Source of the DNA: Octopus bimaculoides
Taxonomy: Eukaryota
Reading direction: 5' to 3'
NCBI RefSeq assembly: GCF_001194135.2
Contig: NC_068984.1
Location: 118,786,319-118,849,469 of the forward strand
DNA: 63,151 bases
A program made the position numbers and the translations under genes. Shown here piece by piece: positions 14,835 to 27,104 of the stretch; within the stretch, counting starts at the first letter, position 1; each line of letters begins with the position of its first letter. Below the pieces are notes generated by a model that was given only the letters and a program-made list of their open reading frames with translations, searched no databases and was not told the origin of the DNA.

Positions 14835-16640
14835 AGTTGTTGAATTATTGTTTGTAGTCATTTCACAAACATGTCAGAATGGCAACATATTACAACAGAT
14901 CTTAAGTTATATAAGCTACATTTTGACTGTTAACTAGAAGGTCAAAACAAGCCTCATCAAATTTGTACCATAGGTTCAAGTGACTTGCATGATTGGTTGA
15001 AGAAAAACAAACCCTCAATGTCTTTTGTAGTACCAATGATTCAGAGGGAGCAAAAAGATTGCCTTACAAGCAAGGCAAAAAGATTGCCTTACTGCTATTT
15101 TTTTACAGTTAATTCTAAAGGGATTTTCTTAAAAAAAAAAAGACACAAAATCATTTCTTCTAACTAGATACATGGAAGCTCCACAAGTAGAGCTAGCATA
15201 TAACATGTGATGAAGCATTGTGGATCTTTTGTGGAAAATATTAAAGTCTATTGAAAATTTTTAAATTTGGTGTATTGATGTAATTTTCCATGCTGAATCT
15301 CAGGGGCTAATTTTATTTTGGTGCATGATTTAAGGCATATTTAGCTATTATTTTTAGCACATCTCATACCTCATGTGTTTTAAGCATTTAATAAGTGAAA
15401 AATGACCACGTGGGTAAGCATCTTGGTAACAGCTTGGCTTGTTACTTTGGAAACAGGCACCTACATGTCTGTGGCTTTCAATTGGCTAAAATTATCCCAA
15501 ATTTGCACACTTTGAAAGCTACTAACTCTTTATCTATTAATTTATGGTGAAAATGAATTTTATGTCAATGATTACCATACAAAACTACATCAACTCACCA
15601 AATATGAAATCAATTGGAACAAAAATTGAAGAAATTGAAAAGTAGCAGCCAAATAGAAAAGATCCAGTACTGTTTATTTCAAATCCTTCCCATTATGGAC
15701 TCAACTCCACGGAAGATGAAACAAACACTGATGAACTGGACTTACATCAGATTCTGAATACATGCCAAATGAGAGTATAAGATGAAATCTTTCCACACAA
15801 GAAAGCTTTAATGATCTTGTAAAAAATTTAGAACTATTAAAGATAAGACAAAACTTCTCATCTATCATTTGAAAGAAAGACACCTACTCGATGAAAGCAG
15901 CAGTGAGTTACTATAGAAAGTGAAAATTTGATTTTGCAGTGTATGTCAAGGTGAATGGCTTTTCCATTATTGTTATGTTATTAATGGATATTTTTACAAG
16001 TTTTATCTGAAAGGGATGTTGTATGTGAATGGTAATCTTTTATAGATTCATCACTAGGAAATTTAAAAGCTGGTTTATAGCATAAAAGAAATTTAAAGCC
16101 ATCTGTCCCCATAGAGCATTCAATATATTTGAAAGAATATGTAAACATGGAGGTCCTTTTTAAAGCAGTTCAGTACAATCATCACCAATGGAATCTGTGT
16201 GAACAGCTTAATGTAATTGCTATATTAATGGGTATGCACAGGGAATTCACTGAACATTGATGCTTTCTATGTCTGTGGTACAGTTGCAATATTATAGAGA
16301 ATTATAATAGAAGAGAATGGTCAAACAGGGCTTCCGAAATACCTAAAAGAAATGATGTTCAATCAGTTCCTTTAATCGATCCAAATAAAAATATAATTAC
16401 CATCTCTTCGCATTAAAACTTGGTTTAATAAAGATATTTATAAAGGCCATGGGTAAAGAAAATTCAAGAGAATTTCCAACTCTCAAAAATATTTACTAAA
16501 TTAAATGCTACAAAAATTTAAGAGGGCTTTTTTTCTTTATATCGGATTGCAAAACCCAGAAGTATTATATGCTAGAGCTTTTCATGAAACATTGACAGCA
16601 CCTAAGAGAAAAGCATGACATATTTTCAAATGAGTCTGAG
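14835..16640 (+). mobile_element. Degraded Chapaev3-like (CMC superfamily) DNA transposase fossil
   Basis: Collinear motifs interrupted by stops and frameshifts: IVCSHFT..QHITTDLK.YKLHFDC*LEGQNKPHQICT..DLHDWLKKNKPSMSFVVPMIQREQKD..CYF; STQESFNDLVKNLELLK; YNHHQWNLCEQLNVIAILMGMHREFTEH*CFLCLW; PLIDPNK..LPSLRIKLGLIKIFIKAMGK. About 500 bp of non-homologous sequence at roughly 15170-15690. Family assignment from recalled consensus. Confidence 0.75.
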
Positions 16641-17494
16641 CTAGCATCTTAAGAAATTAAGATACTACCCTCGGTGATGGGTAACCTGCAGCACAGCTTG
16701 CAGGGTCCATATTTCATTCCACATATACATTCTCATACAGAAGATATGTTAGCTAATCTAATTAAAAAATTATTTTATTTATTAAACCAACTAATCCCAA
16801 ATTACAGCATTTAAATACAAAGAAACAAAGAAACAGAAAACAAAAGGTGAGGGTTAAGCAGAAGATGGAGGGGGAGGGTGCAATGGGCCACACACCCAAG
16901 AACAAATGATGAGCTCAGCCATATCCCATGGAGAATGGCCAACAACTCTTGCAGCAGCAGCTATTCCATCTCACAGTAAAATAATGCAAAGGTAAAGTTT
17001 GAACTGATGTTCTTTAGATCAATAGTCCAGAACAATGATACTATTATAATCACTGTTATATCTGTATATCTAAGTAAGATATTTTTTTTGTCTAAGCAAT
17101 AAATGCTCTCAAAAATTATCAACAAGTGGTACTTTTACAAGTGGCACTTTTACAAGTGGCACTAATTATAGTTGAACACTCATCTGCACATTCTGGAGGA
17201 TTCCATTGTTGCTAATACGAAAAACCTATGATAAATAAAATCATTCATGAAGAAACTCAAAGATAATTAGTGTTAGCAAGAGATATGACTAAGAACAGGC
17301 TAATTGGAGATTAAGAGTCTTAATTTGCATTTTGCTTTTCCATAACCTATATCAACATAGAGAACAAAGAAAATAGGGAATAATGGTGGTTGTAATAATA
17401 CTGGTAATGGTGGAAGTAATGAATCTTCTATCAATAGCAATGTAAGAGTGCATGCAGTTAGAATCACAGAAGGGATTGAGAGTTTATGTTAAAA

Positions 17495-17669
17495 GGTGCA
17501 GGGCTGGCTGTGTAGCAAGAAGTTGGCTTCCTAACCACATGGCTTTAGGTTCAATCTCACTGTGTGCATGTTGGATAAGTGACTTCTAATACAGCCTCAG
17601 GCAAACCAAAGCCTTGTGAGTGGATTTGGTAGACAGAAACTGAAAGAAGCTTGTGGTGTATATGTACAT

Positions 17670-17709
<40 letters not shown>

Positions 17710-18150
17710 TCCACCACCAACACTTGACAACCAGTGTTGGTATGTTTACATCCTCATAACTTAGCAGTTCAGCCTAAGAGACTGATTAAACAGGCTTTAA
17801 AAAGTTAAGTAGTGGAACTGATTTATTCAATTAAAGCAGTTGTTCTCAACCATTTTTTTTTACCTATAGACTCCTCTGATTCCTATTATATTAGAATGGA
17901 CCCTTATAACCACCCTATGTTTAAAAAACCCTATTATATTTTTATAATTAAATATTAGGAATTGTATGAAAGAAATTGTTAAAATATTTTGTGTATTGTA
18001 CAAGTATAACCAATTTATTGCAGATAAATTTTAACAAAATCTTATATGGACTCCCAAGAGTCATAAGACCCTAGTTGAAAACCACTGGACTAAAGCATTT
18101 CAAGGTGGTGCCCCAGCATGGCCAGTCCAATAACTGAAACAAGTAAAAGA
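17495..18150 (+). mobile_element. Family A SINE interrupted by a hAT MITE
   Basis: Head, (TG)n and 3' half are collinear with the other copies. Confidence 0.8.
17837..18087. mobile_element. hAT MITE nested in a family A SINE
   Basis: TIRs CAGTTGTTCTCAAC / GTTGAAAACCACTG. 8-bp TSD aattaaag / gactaaag (6/8). The SINE continues on both sides. Confidence 0.8.
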
Positions 18151-18821
18151 GAGATGATAAAAGAAGATTCTGACAAATTGTTGAAAAGGCCACCAAATGG
18201 TTGAAGTTCTAAAGTTTGGTAGCAACAACATTCTACATTAGAAGGGGAAAATGGTAATTGATATGTATATAATGTGACTACGTCTGCATGTATATTCATA
18301 TGCAGATCATAATTGTGTGTTGTGCAAATGTGAGCGTATGTATGTGTGCATAATATTACATGATTATTTGTCTGTGCACATATGTGTATAAGTATACGAG
18401 TATTATATTACAAATTAAGGAAGCAATTAAGGAAGTGTATATGAATCTTAGTAGTTATTGTCTGGTTAGTGGTTTAGTAGTTTTTTTGTCTACTAAATAT
18501 TTATGTTGTCTGTGTATTTGTTTGTAAATGAATCAATTTTTCTGCAAGTATCTGTTTACAGCTTAATTTAGGTGGCAGACTTTGGGCTTTCATTCCACTG
18601 AACACCACCACCTGGCTTCCCGTTGGGTATCATAGCAGAGTCTAGTTTGATGCAAACATTCAGAACAATGTTCTGGTTTAAAGAAAACTTCCTTTTTCCC
18701 ACCCATGAAAGTCCTGAAAATGGTCGTGCACATTGCCCTTCCTTCTCAGAGTAAATCATTAAAAAAAGTATGAGTCTGAATGTTTACTCACAAGATACAT
18801 TGAATGTATATAATCACATAA

Positions 18822-19190
18822 AAACACCCACGTGGTGTCACATAAAAGTGCCCATGCAGTGCGACATAAATGTACCTATGCGGTGACATGTAAAAGCTCT
18901 CATGTGACACCATGTACAAGCACCCATGCGGCACTGCATAAAAGCACTTATGCAGTGGCATATAAAAGTACCCGTGCGATGCCACATAAAAGCACTTGTG
19001 CAGTGCCATATAAAAGCACCCAGCACACTCTGTAAAGTGGTTGGCATTAGGAAGGCATCAAGCTGTAGAGACCATGCCAAAACAAACTGGAGATTGGTGC
19101 AGCTCCCCAGCTTGCCAGTTCTGGTCAAACCGTTCAACCCATACCAGCATGGACAACAGATGTTAAATGATGATGATGATGATGATGATC
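18822..19190 (+). mobile_element. Family D repeat (ggttggcattaggaagggcatccagc core, (GAT)n tail) preceded by a 24-bp degenerate tandem array
   Basis: About 8-9 units of cacataaaagcacccatgcagtgc (18822-19020), then the core and (GAT)n. Related copies at about 790-965, 12310-12540, 28010-28210, 33160-33290, 38630-38850, 45890-46025 and 49995-50740. Confidence 0.7.
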
Positions 19191-19689
19191 TGATTCATTG
19201 AAATCTACTCAAAAGTATGAGCAAACATGTCACCAATTCCTCCCCCACCCCCATGAACCACTGAACTCAAATGGTTATGTAAATATGGCAGACATTACCA
19301 GCCTTATCAACCAACATGGACAGACCTCACCTGCTAAAGGATGTTTAGATAATTTACAAGAGCCACTTAAAGATAGGTTAAGGAATACAAATAACCCTTC
19401 AAGTGATCTTTGAGCAAAAGCTCTACATTTGTGGCCCTAGATTACTAAAGTTCTCCTTGTTTGTGCTCATTCTGAAGCTAACAACTTTGTTGAATTGATT
19501 TTTAATCTATTGAGTGATGGAGAACTGGGAGAAGCAGCAGCAGAAGGAAAGTTTCTCATTCTCTCAAAATATAAAAATGTTTTAAGCCAACCCCAACATG
19601 CAAAGACTTTTATTTTCCTGAAAAACAAACCAATACATCTGCTTGCTGTTCAATCATTTTTCTCTGTCATTTGAACCATAGATTGGCAG

Positions 19690-20200
19690 CAGTGGCAGCG
19701 GCGTTTTATCGTTGTGTCCGATAATTTATTTGGTTTCTTCTTGACCACTTCTTCCCCTCTGTCCGTATTTATGCCTCTGATGACTAATGAGGTCAATTCT
19801 TGCATGGAAGTGTCTGTTGCAAAGTTCACAAGAGATCTGTGGTGGAGGCTTTGGTTGTTGCAGCCTCCATTTTCTTTCTTGTTATTCCTTTTCCTCTTTC
19901 CTCTGTCGTTCAGCTTCAAAATGATTTGTCACAATGGAGATGGTATGATGCCAATCGGGCCTGTCCAGAGCTTCAATGTCCCAGGTTTTGGAATCGATTC
20001 TAGTCAGTTTTAGGCTTTGTTTCAATTGATCCTTGTATCAATGGAAGGGATGGCTATGGAGTCTTCTTCCAGTGTACAATTCACCATATAAAATTTTATG
20101 CAGCAGCCTGGTTTCTTTCATCTTTTCTACGTAGCCCACCCATCACAGATGAACTATCAACTCAGGAGTTTTGAGTCTGAATTCTGTTCCAAAAGTTTTG
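19690..20200 (-). mobile_element. 3' fragment of an RTE-clade (BovB-like) LINE ORF
   Basis: Minus strand reads VGYVEKMKETRLLHKILYGELYTGRRLHSHPFH*YKDQLKQSLKLTRIDSKTWDIEALDRPDWHHTI, the typical RTE C-terminus (WxGHxxRM..PKxxLYGEL..G.R..G..KRYKD.LK). Confidence 0.8.
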
Positions 20201-20589
20201 TTATGTCACTGAGCTAGGCACACACTTTAGATCATATCATATATGGAGAATAGGAACCAGATTATTTGGAAATATAACCTATAAGAGAATAACCCCCTCC
20301 AGTGTAAAATTTATCTCTTATCCAACTGATGTTACACAATTAAAGATAATAGCCTGTCTTAATGCTCTAGGAGATATTTATCATTTAGCAATACCAATAT
20401 TGGTTAACCAAATTACAGTTGATAGAAATTTGATAGAATATAAAACTCAGAGGTGTGAAGCTTCAACAAGAACCAATATTACCTGGATATTAAGAGGAAG
20501 TAGAACTGATCGATAACATCGGAACAGTTAATAACAACACCACTTACACTTAATACAATACAGTTTTAAGTTAAGCTGATTCAGATAGA

Positions 20590-21135
20590 ATAAAATATCT
20601 ATATACACTGTTTATATTTGTTGGAGTGGTGTCTTCATCTTGATTGTTGCTTTCACTATGTTTAGGCTGTGTACAACTCTGCCTTAGTGCCTTGCCTGAG
20701 AGTGAACTCAGAATTTCTAGGTGACTACATTGCATTAACCAATGACTTTATCTACTACATTATGTCCATAAACAGTGACAGAGTGGATTTTTAAGGCTTA
20801 CAAACCTCTCTTGATGTCTTATGTCAGCTCCATACCAATTGAATAATACAATTTTATATTTCTGAGACAAAGAATTTATATTATGTACACCGTTTCTCAT
20901 TAGTCAGATTGGTATCCTCACCTTGATTGTTGCTTTCACTGTGTTTCAGCTGTTGTATGCTCCAGCCTTCTTCAGGTGTCTTGTGATTCACCTTAGTGTC
21001 TTGCTTAGGGTTGAACTCAGAACTTCTAGGTTACAATCAAAATGTAGTGAAAGCAACAATCAAAATAGGGACACCACTCCAACTAATGTAATAATATAAT
21101 AACATAATATAAATTTCTCATCTTAGAAATATAGA
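20590..21135. mobile_element. Penelope-like element terminal (pLTR) remnants with direct and inverted repeats
   Basis: 20621-20658 is repeated directly near 20911-20950 and inverted at 21045-21082 (34/38 identical). Minus strand has CTGAAGAAGGCTG...CAGCTGAAAC, typical of PLE termini. Confidence 0.55.
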
Positions 21136-21220
21136 ATTGGATAAAATATCTATCCTACATTCTATTTTCTTGGTCACCTTTAACCCTTTATCATTGACAT
21201 CATTCTGTCAAAAGTAATGC

Positions 21221-21445
21221 TTATTACCTCCACCTTAGCGAAGGTGGAGGTATTGTTTTCAGTCGTGTTTGTTTGTTTGTTTGTTTGTCCATGGACAAGA
21301 TATCTCAAGAACCACTGGATGGATTCAGATGAAACTTTCAGGGATGTTTGGCCTCATGACTGACACGAACTGATTAGATTTTGGGATCGATCAGGTACTG
21401 GACAAGGATTCTGGATTATTTTTCTAGTTTTTTTTTTACTTAAAA
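21221..21445 (+). mobile_element. Helentron-associated (HINE/DINE-1-like) non-autonomous element
   Basis: Starts in a TT context with a perfect 12-bp hairpin TACCTCCACCTT-agcg-AAGGTGGAGGTA (21225-21252), then (GTTT)n and a GATATCTCAAGAACCACTGGATGGATT core. This is the DINE-1/HINE architecture. It sits inside a TTAA-CCC MITE end. Confidence 0.7.
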
Positions 21446-21557
21446 CTATCAATACGATATACTTAATGTATGTGAGTAGTTGAAATGCCAGAAGCTGCAG
21501 TTTTCATCTGGGAAAAATTCCTTTACAGATATACTGCGTGTATATATATATATATAT

Positions 21558-22434
21558 NNNNNNNNNNNNNNNNNNNNNNNNNNNNNNNNNNNNNNNNNNN
21601 NNNNNNNNNNNNNNNNNNNNNNNNNNNNNNNNNNNNNNNNNNNNNNNNNNNNNNNNNNNNNNNNNNNNNNNNNNNNNNNNNNNNNNNNNNNNNNNNNNNN
21701 NNNNNNNNNNNNNNNNNNNNNNNNNNNNNNNNNNNNNNNNNNNNNNNNNNNNNNNNNNNNNNNNNNNNNNNNNNNNNNNNNNNNNNNNNNNNNNNNNNNN
21801 NNNNNNNNNNNNNNNNNNNNNNNNNNNNNNNNNNNNNNNNNNNNNNNNNNNNNNNNNNNNNNNNNNNNNNNNNNNNNNNNNNNNNNNNNNNNNNNNNNNN
21901 NNNNNNNNNNNNNNNNNNNNNNNNNNNNNNNNNNNNNNNNNNNNNNNNNNNNNNNNNNNNNNNNNNNNNNNNNNNNNNNNNNNNNNNNNNNNNNNNNNNN
22001 NNNNNNNNNNNNNNNNNNNNNNNNNNNNNNNNNNNNNNNNNNNNNNNNNNNNNNNNNNNNNNNNNNNNNNNNNNNNNNNNNNNNNNNNNNNNNNNNNNNN
22101 NNNNNNNNNNNNNNNNNNNNNNNNNNNNNNNNNNNNNNNNNNNNNNNNNNNNNNNNNNNNNNNNNNNNNNNNNNNNNNNNNNNNNNNNNNNNNNNNNNNN
22201 NNNNNNNNNNNNNNNNNNNNNNNNNNNNNNNNNNNNNNNNNNNNNNNNNNNNNNNNNNNNNNNNNNNNNNNNNNNNNNNNNNNNNNNNNNNNNNNNNNNN
22301 NNNNNNNNNNNNNNNNNNNNNNNNNNNNNNNNNNNNNNNNNNNNNNNNNNNNNNNNNNNNNNNNNNNNNNNNNNNNNNNNNNNNNNNNNNNNNNNNNNNN
22401 NNNNNNNNNNNNNNNNNNNNNNNNNNNNNNNNNN
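21558..22434. other. Assembly gap (others: 35253-35755, 36533-37345, 38175-38592, 40819-41720, 48275-49090; 10-N gaps at 3545-3554, 8477-8486, 31165-31174)
   Basis: Runs of N, most bordered by microsatellites or homopolymers. Confidence 1.
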
Positions 22435-22467
<33 letters not shown>

Positions 22468-22494
22468 TGGCACTTCCATGTAACCACAACAGAA

Positions 22495-22725
22495 GTTGCT
22501 AAAAAAAATAGGTGGGATTGACTGATGAAAGGAACCCTAAAAAAGAGACCAAGAGCACTATACTGGCAGCGGAATACCAGGTTTTGGCCACGAACTGGAG
22601 GGTCAACCTTAGGAATAAGCAAATGTCTCCGCTGCGCCGCACCTGCAATAGCATGGACGAAACCATTGCCCGTATCATGAACGGATGCCCAAGGCTTGCC
22701 CAAAACCACTACAAGGTGTGCCTAT
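22495..22725 (+). mobile_element. Fragment of an RLE-type (R4/Dong-like) non-LTR retrotransposon, CCHC zinc-knuckle region
   Basis: WD*LMKGTLKKETKSTILAAEYQVLATN...SPLRRTCNSMDETIARIMNGCPRLAQNHYK matches the recalled pattern W.WL..G.LK.ETE..I.AAQDQAL.T...CR.C...ET..HI..GC..LA..Y. Confidence 0.7.
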
Positions 22726-23846
22726 AGTAGAAAGGATTATTATTATTATTAGTAGTAGTAGTAGTAGGAGGAGGAGGAGGAGGAGGAGGAGTGAAGGGGA
22801 AGAAGAGGAGAAGAATATGAATGGTAAATTATGGGTATTAATCTAAAAAGATACTCTGAACTATAGCACTTACATTAATTTAATATCAATGTGATAAGCT
22901 TTGCATACAGATAATTGTCCCAATATTGCTGCCAGACATGGTTCTAAATATGAAAAAGAAGTATAGAATCCAAGTTCTTTTGCAAGTTTAATTAAAAACT
23001 AATTAAATTTATAATCACTCTATAATAACTGCTGTCAGATTTCATCTAATTTATGCCAACTGAACTACTTTGGATAACAACAAATAAAAACAAATATTTG
23101 CTTTGCACCACATCTATCTTGTTCAATTCTTGTGTGTTAAAGGAACCATCGAAGATTACTGCAATAAATCTTCGCACTCTAGATTAAAGCTAATTTTTCT
23201 TTGAATATATCAAAACTTCTAACCTTTTACATAAATGGCAAATTCTGTCTTTCTGTCTGTCTGTTACCACCTTGTGAACCAATCTTGACAAAACTTTGCA
23301 TACATGTTAAACTAGCATCCAGTTGAATTATAGGCTGATTGAATTTCAATAAAAATCTATAACAGGCCCCCTAGTGGTGGTGGTGGTGGTGGTGGAGCTA
23401 TTATTTGATAAAATGAGAAGGGTGCAAGAGTGTTAGTGTGAGGGAAATATGGTGGCATAGTGAGTGTGGCTGATATCACGGAAGAGGAAAGCAAAGTTGT
23501 GTAAGCAACGAATATGGAGTGGCAGTGGGATGTTAACATTGATACAGCTGTCATTCAGGGATATACATACGATGCTGCATACATACTTTCGGAAATACAT
23601 CGATACATGCATACATACAAACACACACACAATGCACACGCACACACACATACATGCACACAATGCAGATACACATACAAATAGATAACTTATAAAATGC
23701 CAAGGAAGGGAAAGAATGGTGGGTGTGAGGAATACGTAGCTTTAAGGAGAGAGGGGTTAAGTTGACAACAATTGTTCACAGGTGGCTTTTTCTGCTGCCC
23801 ATTGCAAAGAAACACTCACACACAGACACACACACACATACATACA

Positions 23847-23877
<31 letters not shown>

Positions 23878-24646
23878 GTCCACTAGACACCATTTTAAAC
23901 TTGTGATTACTTGTGTAGACATTTGTAAATGCATGTATGTGTGTGTGTGTGTGTGTGTATGATGTCTTATAACTGTCTGTGTCTCTACTTTTGTAGGGTC
24001 TTCCCTGTTGCTGTCACATATTGTGTTACATCAAAATTTTCAAACTTGGTATATTGAAATAATTTTCCACATTAAATCCAATTTTGTTATTTATTTGTTC
24101 CAGAAAAATTGCAGGAAAATGTTACTGAGGTTTAATGTTTAATCAATGTTACCTAATCAGAAAACAGGATTTGGAAGCTGGCATTTTCTGTATGATAGCT
24201 GTCTATCACAAAATGAAAGCAAAATCATTACAAGGAGAAATTTTCATTAAACAAACAAAAGCAAAGCATTACCAAGTTGTAAGAATTTCTGCCAAAGTTG
24301 TAAGAATTTCTGAAGTTTTAATAAGTTTCAATGAATAAAGTCATGTGAAACGGTCAAACAGACATGTAAATAATTTAAAAAGGAAAAGAATCCGCAAGGA
24401 ATTTTTTTGTGAAAAATTGCACAAATCTGTTCTGATCAAGAGGCCTATCTGTGAAGGAATAAACAAAAATTTATATAAGACATTCTATTGTAAAAACTTG
24501 CCTGGCAACAATGGGCTATTCAACTAGTATATCATAAGTGGCATGTGTGAATACATGCACTAGACCTCCACATGTTCATCAAAGTAATATGACAAATTCT
24601 GACTGTTGTCCTGATTTATATCCATGCTGACACTTATATTTTGGGA

Positions 24647-24990
24647 TACAGGTGTGGCTGGGTGGTAAGAAATTTGCTTCCTAACCACATGTTCTTGGGT
24701 TCAGTTCCATTGCACAGCATCTTGGCCAAGTGTCTTATACTATAACTCTAGGCTGACAAAAGCTTTGTGAGTGAACTTGGTAGATAAAAACTGAAAGAAG
24801 CTCAAATATATACATACACACACACACACACACACAGAGAGAGGCTTCTTTCAGTTTCTGTCTACCAAATCCACTCACAAGGCTTTGGTCAGTCCGAGGC
24901 TATAGTAGAAGACACTTGCTCAGGATGTCAGTTGGGACTGAGCCTAGAATCATGTGTTTGAGAAGCAAGCTTCTTACAACACAGCCACTT
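24647..24990. mobile_element. Two family A SINE heads in inverted orientation around a short microsatellite
   Basis: 24647-24803 (+) and 24842-24990 (-) are the same 5' half in opposite orientations. Confidence 0.8.
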
Positions 24991-25223
24991 GTGTGTGTGT
25001 GTGTGTTACTGTTTCCCCGCTTTGACTTTATGTAACAGTTGTAAATTAATGTCATTGGCAAACAGACAGTGCCCCTTCATTTCCATGGAAACATGTCTGG
25101 TCAGAGGGACTATTATGCTACCTGGGAATAGGTGGGGGTTGGCAACAGGCTGGGCATCTGACTGCAGAAAATCCACAACAAATTCTGTCCAATCATTCAA
25201 GTATGGAAGAGTGGACATTATCG

Positions 25224-25269
<46 letters not shown>

Positions 25270-25460
25270 GAAGGCGAGCTGGCAGAATTGTTAGCATACA
25301 GGATGAAATGCTTAGCGGTAATTCACTCGTTGTTACGTTCTGAGTTCAAATTCCATCAAGGTCGAATTTGCCTTTCATCCTTTCGAAGTCGACATAATCA
25401 ACTCATCCCCTCCCCTAAAATTGCTGCCCTTGTGGCAAAATTTGAAACCATTATTATTAT
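25270..25460 (+). mobile_element. Family B SINE between (ATT)n tracts
   Basis: gaaggcgagctggcagaattgttagcat...gcctttcatcctttcga; internally deleted. Confidence 0.75.
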
Positions 25461-25464
25461 TGTT

Positions 25465-25496
<32 letters not shown>

Positions 25497-26091
25497 AAGA
25501 AGAAGAAGAAGAAATCTACTGAATTACATCCTCTCAACTATAGCTCAAATCAACAGAGAAAGCTATTCAAGTACAATGGATGTACTAAGATTTTGTCGTC
25601 TTATCTACAATACATATATTTGAATAAATTTCATGTAGGTTTCACAAAACTATGTATATCTCAAATTTTCCATAGTATTTTGATTTTTGTTTTGTCTTCT
25701 TTTCTCCTTCTAAAAGTAAATGTATATGAAAATAAAGTCTAAACTGATATGCAATTCACCAGGGTTCCTCAAAATAAATACTGCTGCTTGTTGTGCATCT
25801 TTGACAAAATTGGAAATAATAATATCTATTTATAAGAACACTAAAATAATCTGTCAAAAATGACAAGGTAAAAGTAGAAAAGTAGTCCTACGCAAGTATA
25901 AATATCACAGATATAACAACAATATACAAGAGAAATAGCTGCATGCACTAGGTGTTCAGATATACCATTAATACAGTATTCATTAAGATTTATATATATT
26001 TCAACTGTTCTATACAGCTTATAAGGTATTGTCATCTGAATAGATGGGATTTATTTTATAAAACAATGCTCAGGCATTGTCTTAGGTAACA

Positions 26092-26147
26092 ATGTTTCAA
26101 TACTTACAATATATATATCTACATATCTATATATCTACATATCTACA

Positions 26148-26209
<62 letters not shown>

Positions 26210-26470
26210 CATACATATATGTACATATATACATACATACATACATAAATATACATATACACATACATACATATATATATATATACATAGATATATATAC
26301 ATATATACACATACATACTAACATAAATACATATACACATATATACATACATACTAACATATACACACACACATGCATACATAAATATATACATACATAC
26401 ATACATACATACATACATACATACATACATACATAAAAACATACATACATAAATACATACATATACATAC
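26092..26470. repeat. Compound (TA)n/(TACA)n microsatellite
   Basis: Seen directly. Confidence 0.95.
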
Positions 26471-26936
26471 TACTGGTTTCATGCATAGCTACAGAATCAA
26501 AACTCAAAATCAAAAATTCTCTCCACCCAACCTCTTTCACGACTGATAAATCAAATTAAAAATAACCAATATACTTATTGACTTTATATGAAAATCTAGT
26601 CCATTTGGCATAATGTTCAGTTCAAGCAATATAGCTTTTGCCACTTTCAAAGCTGTTTAGGCTAGAACTACACCTGTTTCTAGTAAAAAGATGTAGTACC
26701 CCCTCAAAAAAAAACAAAAAAAAAAAAACAATGTGAGATTATCAATGCCCTCAGCACAAGTATATTTCAAATCTGTTAAATAGGAATGACAAGATGCAGG
26801 CATAGCAAATGTGGTTAAGAAGTTTGCTTTGCAACCATGTAGTTTTGGGTTCAGTCCCACAGTGTGGCAACTTCTACTAAAGCGCTAGACTAACCAGTGC
26901 CTTGTGAGTAAATTTGGTAGATAGGAACTGTGCAGA

Positions 26937-26972
<36 letters not shown>

Positions 26973-27104
26973 TACCACTTAATTACTGGTGTTGCTTTAT
27001 TTATATCTTTGTAACTTAGTGGTTCAGCCAAAAAGATTGTTAAACAAGTAAAAGAGTAAACGATTCAATGAGTTCACCTCAAGATTCTGGCCACAGGGTT
27101 CAGT

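Noticed and set aside
16780-16990. Possible L1/Tx1 3' end on minus (pyrimidine-rich, AATAAA)
   Set aside because: No recognisable coding motif; cannot be supported.
19650-20013. ORFs of 89 and 99 aa as host exons
   Set aside because: Explained by the RTE LINE 3' fragment and its antisense strand.
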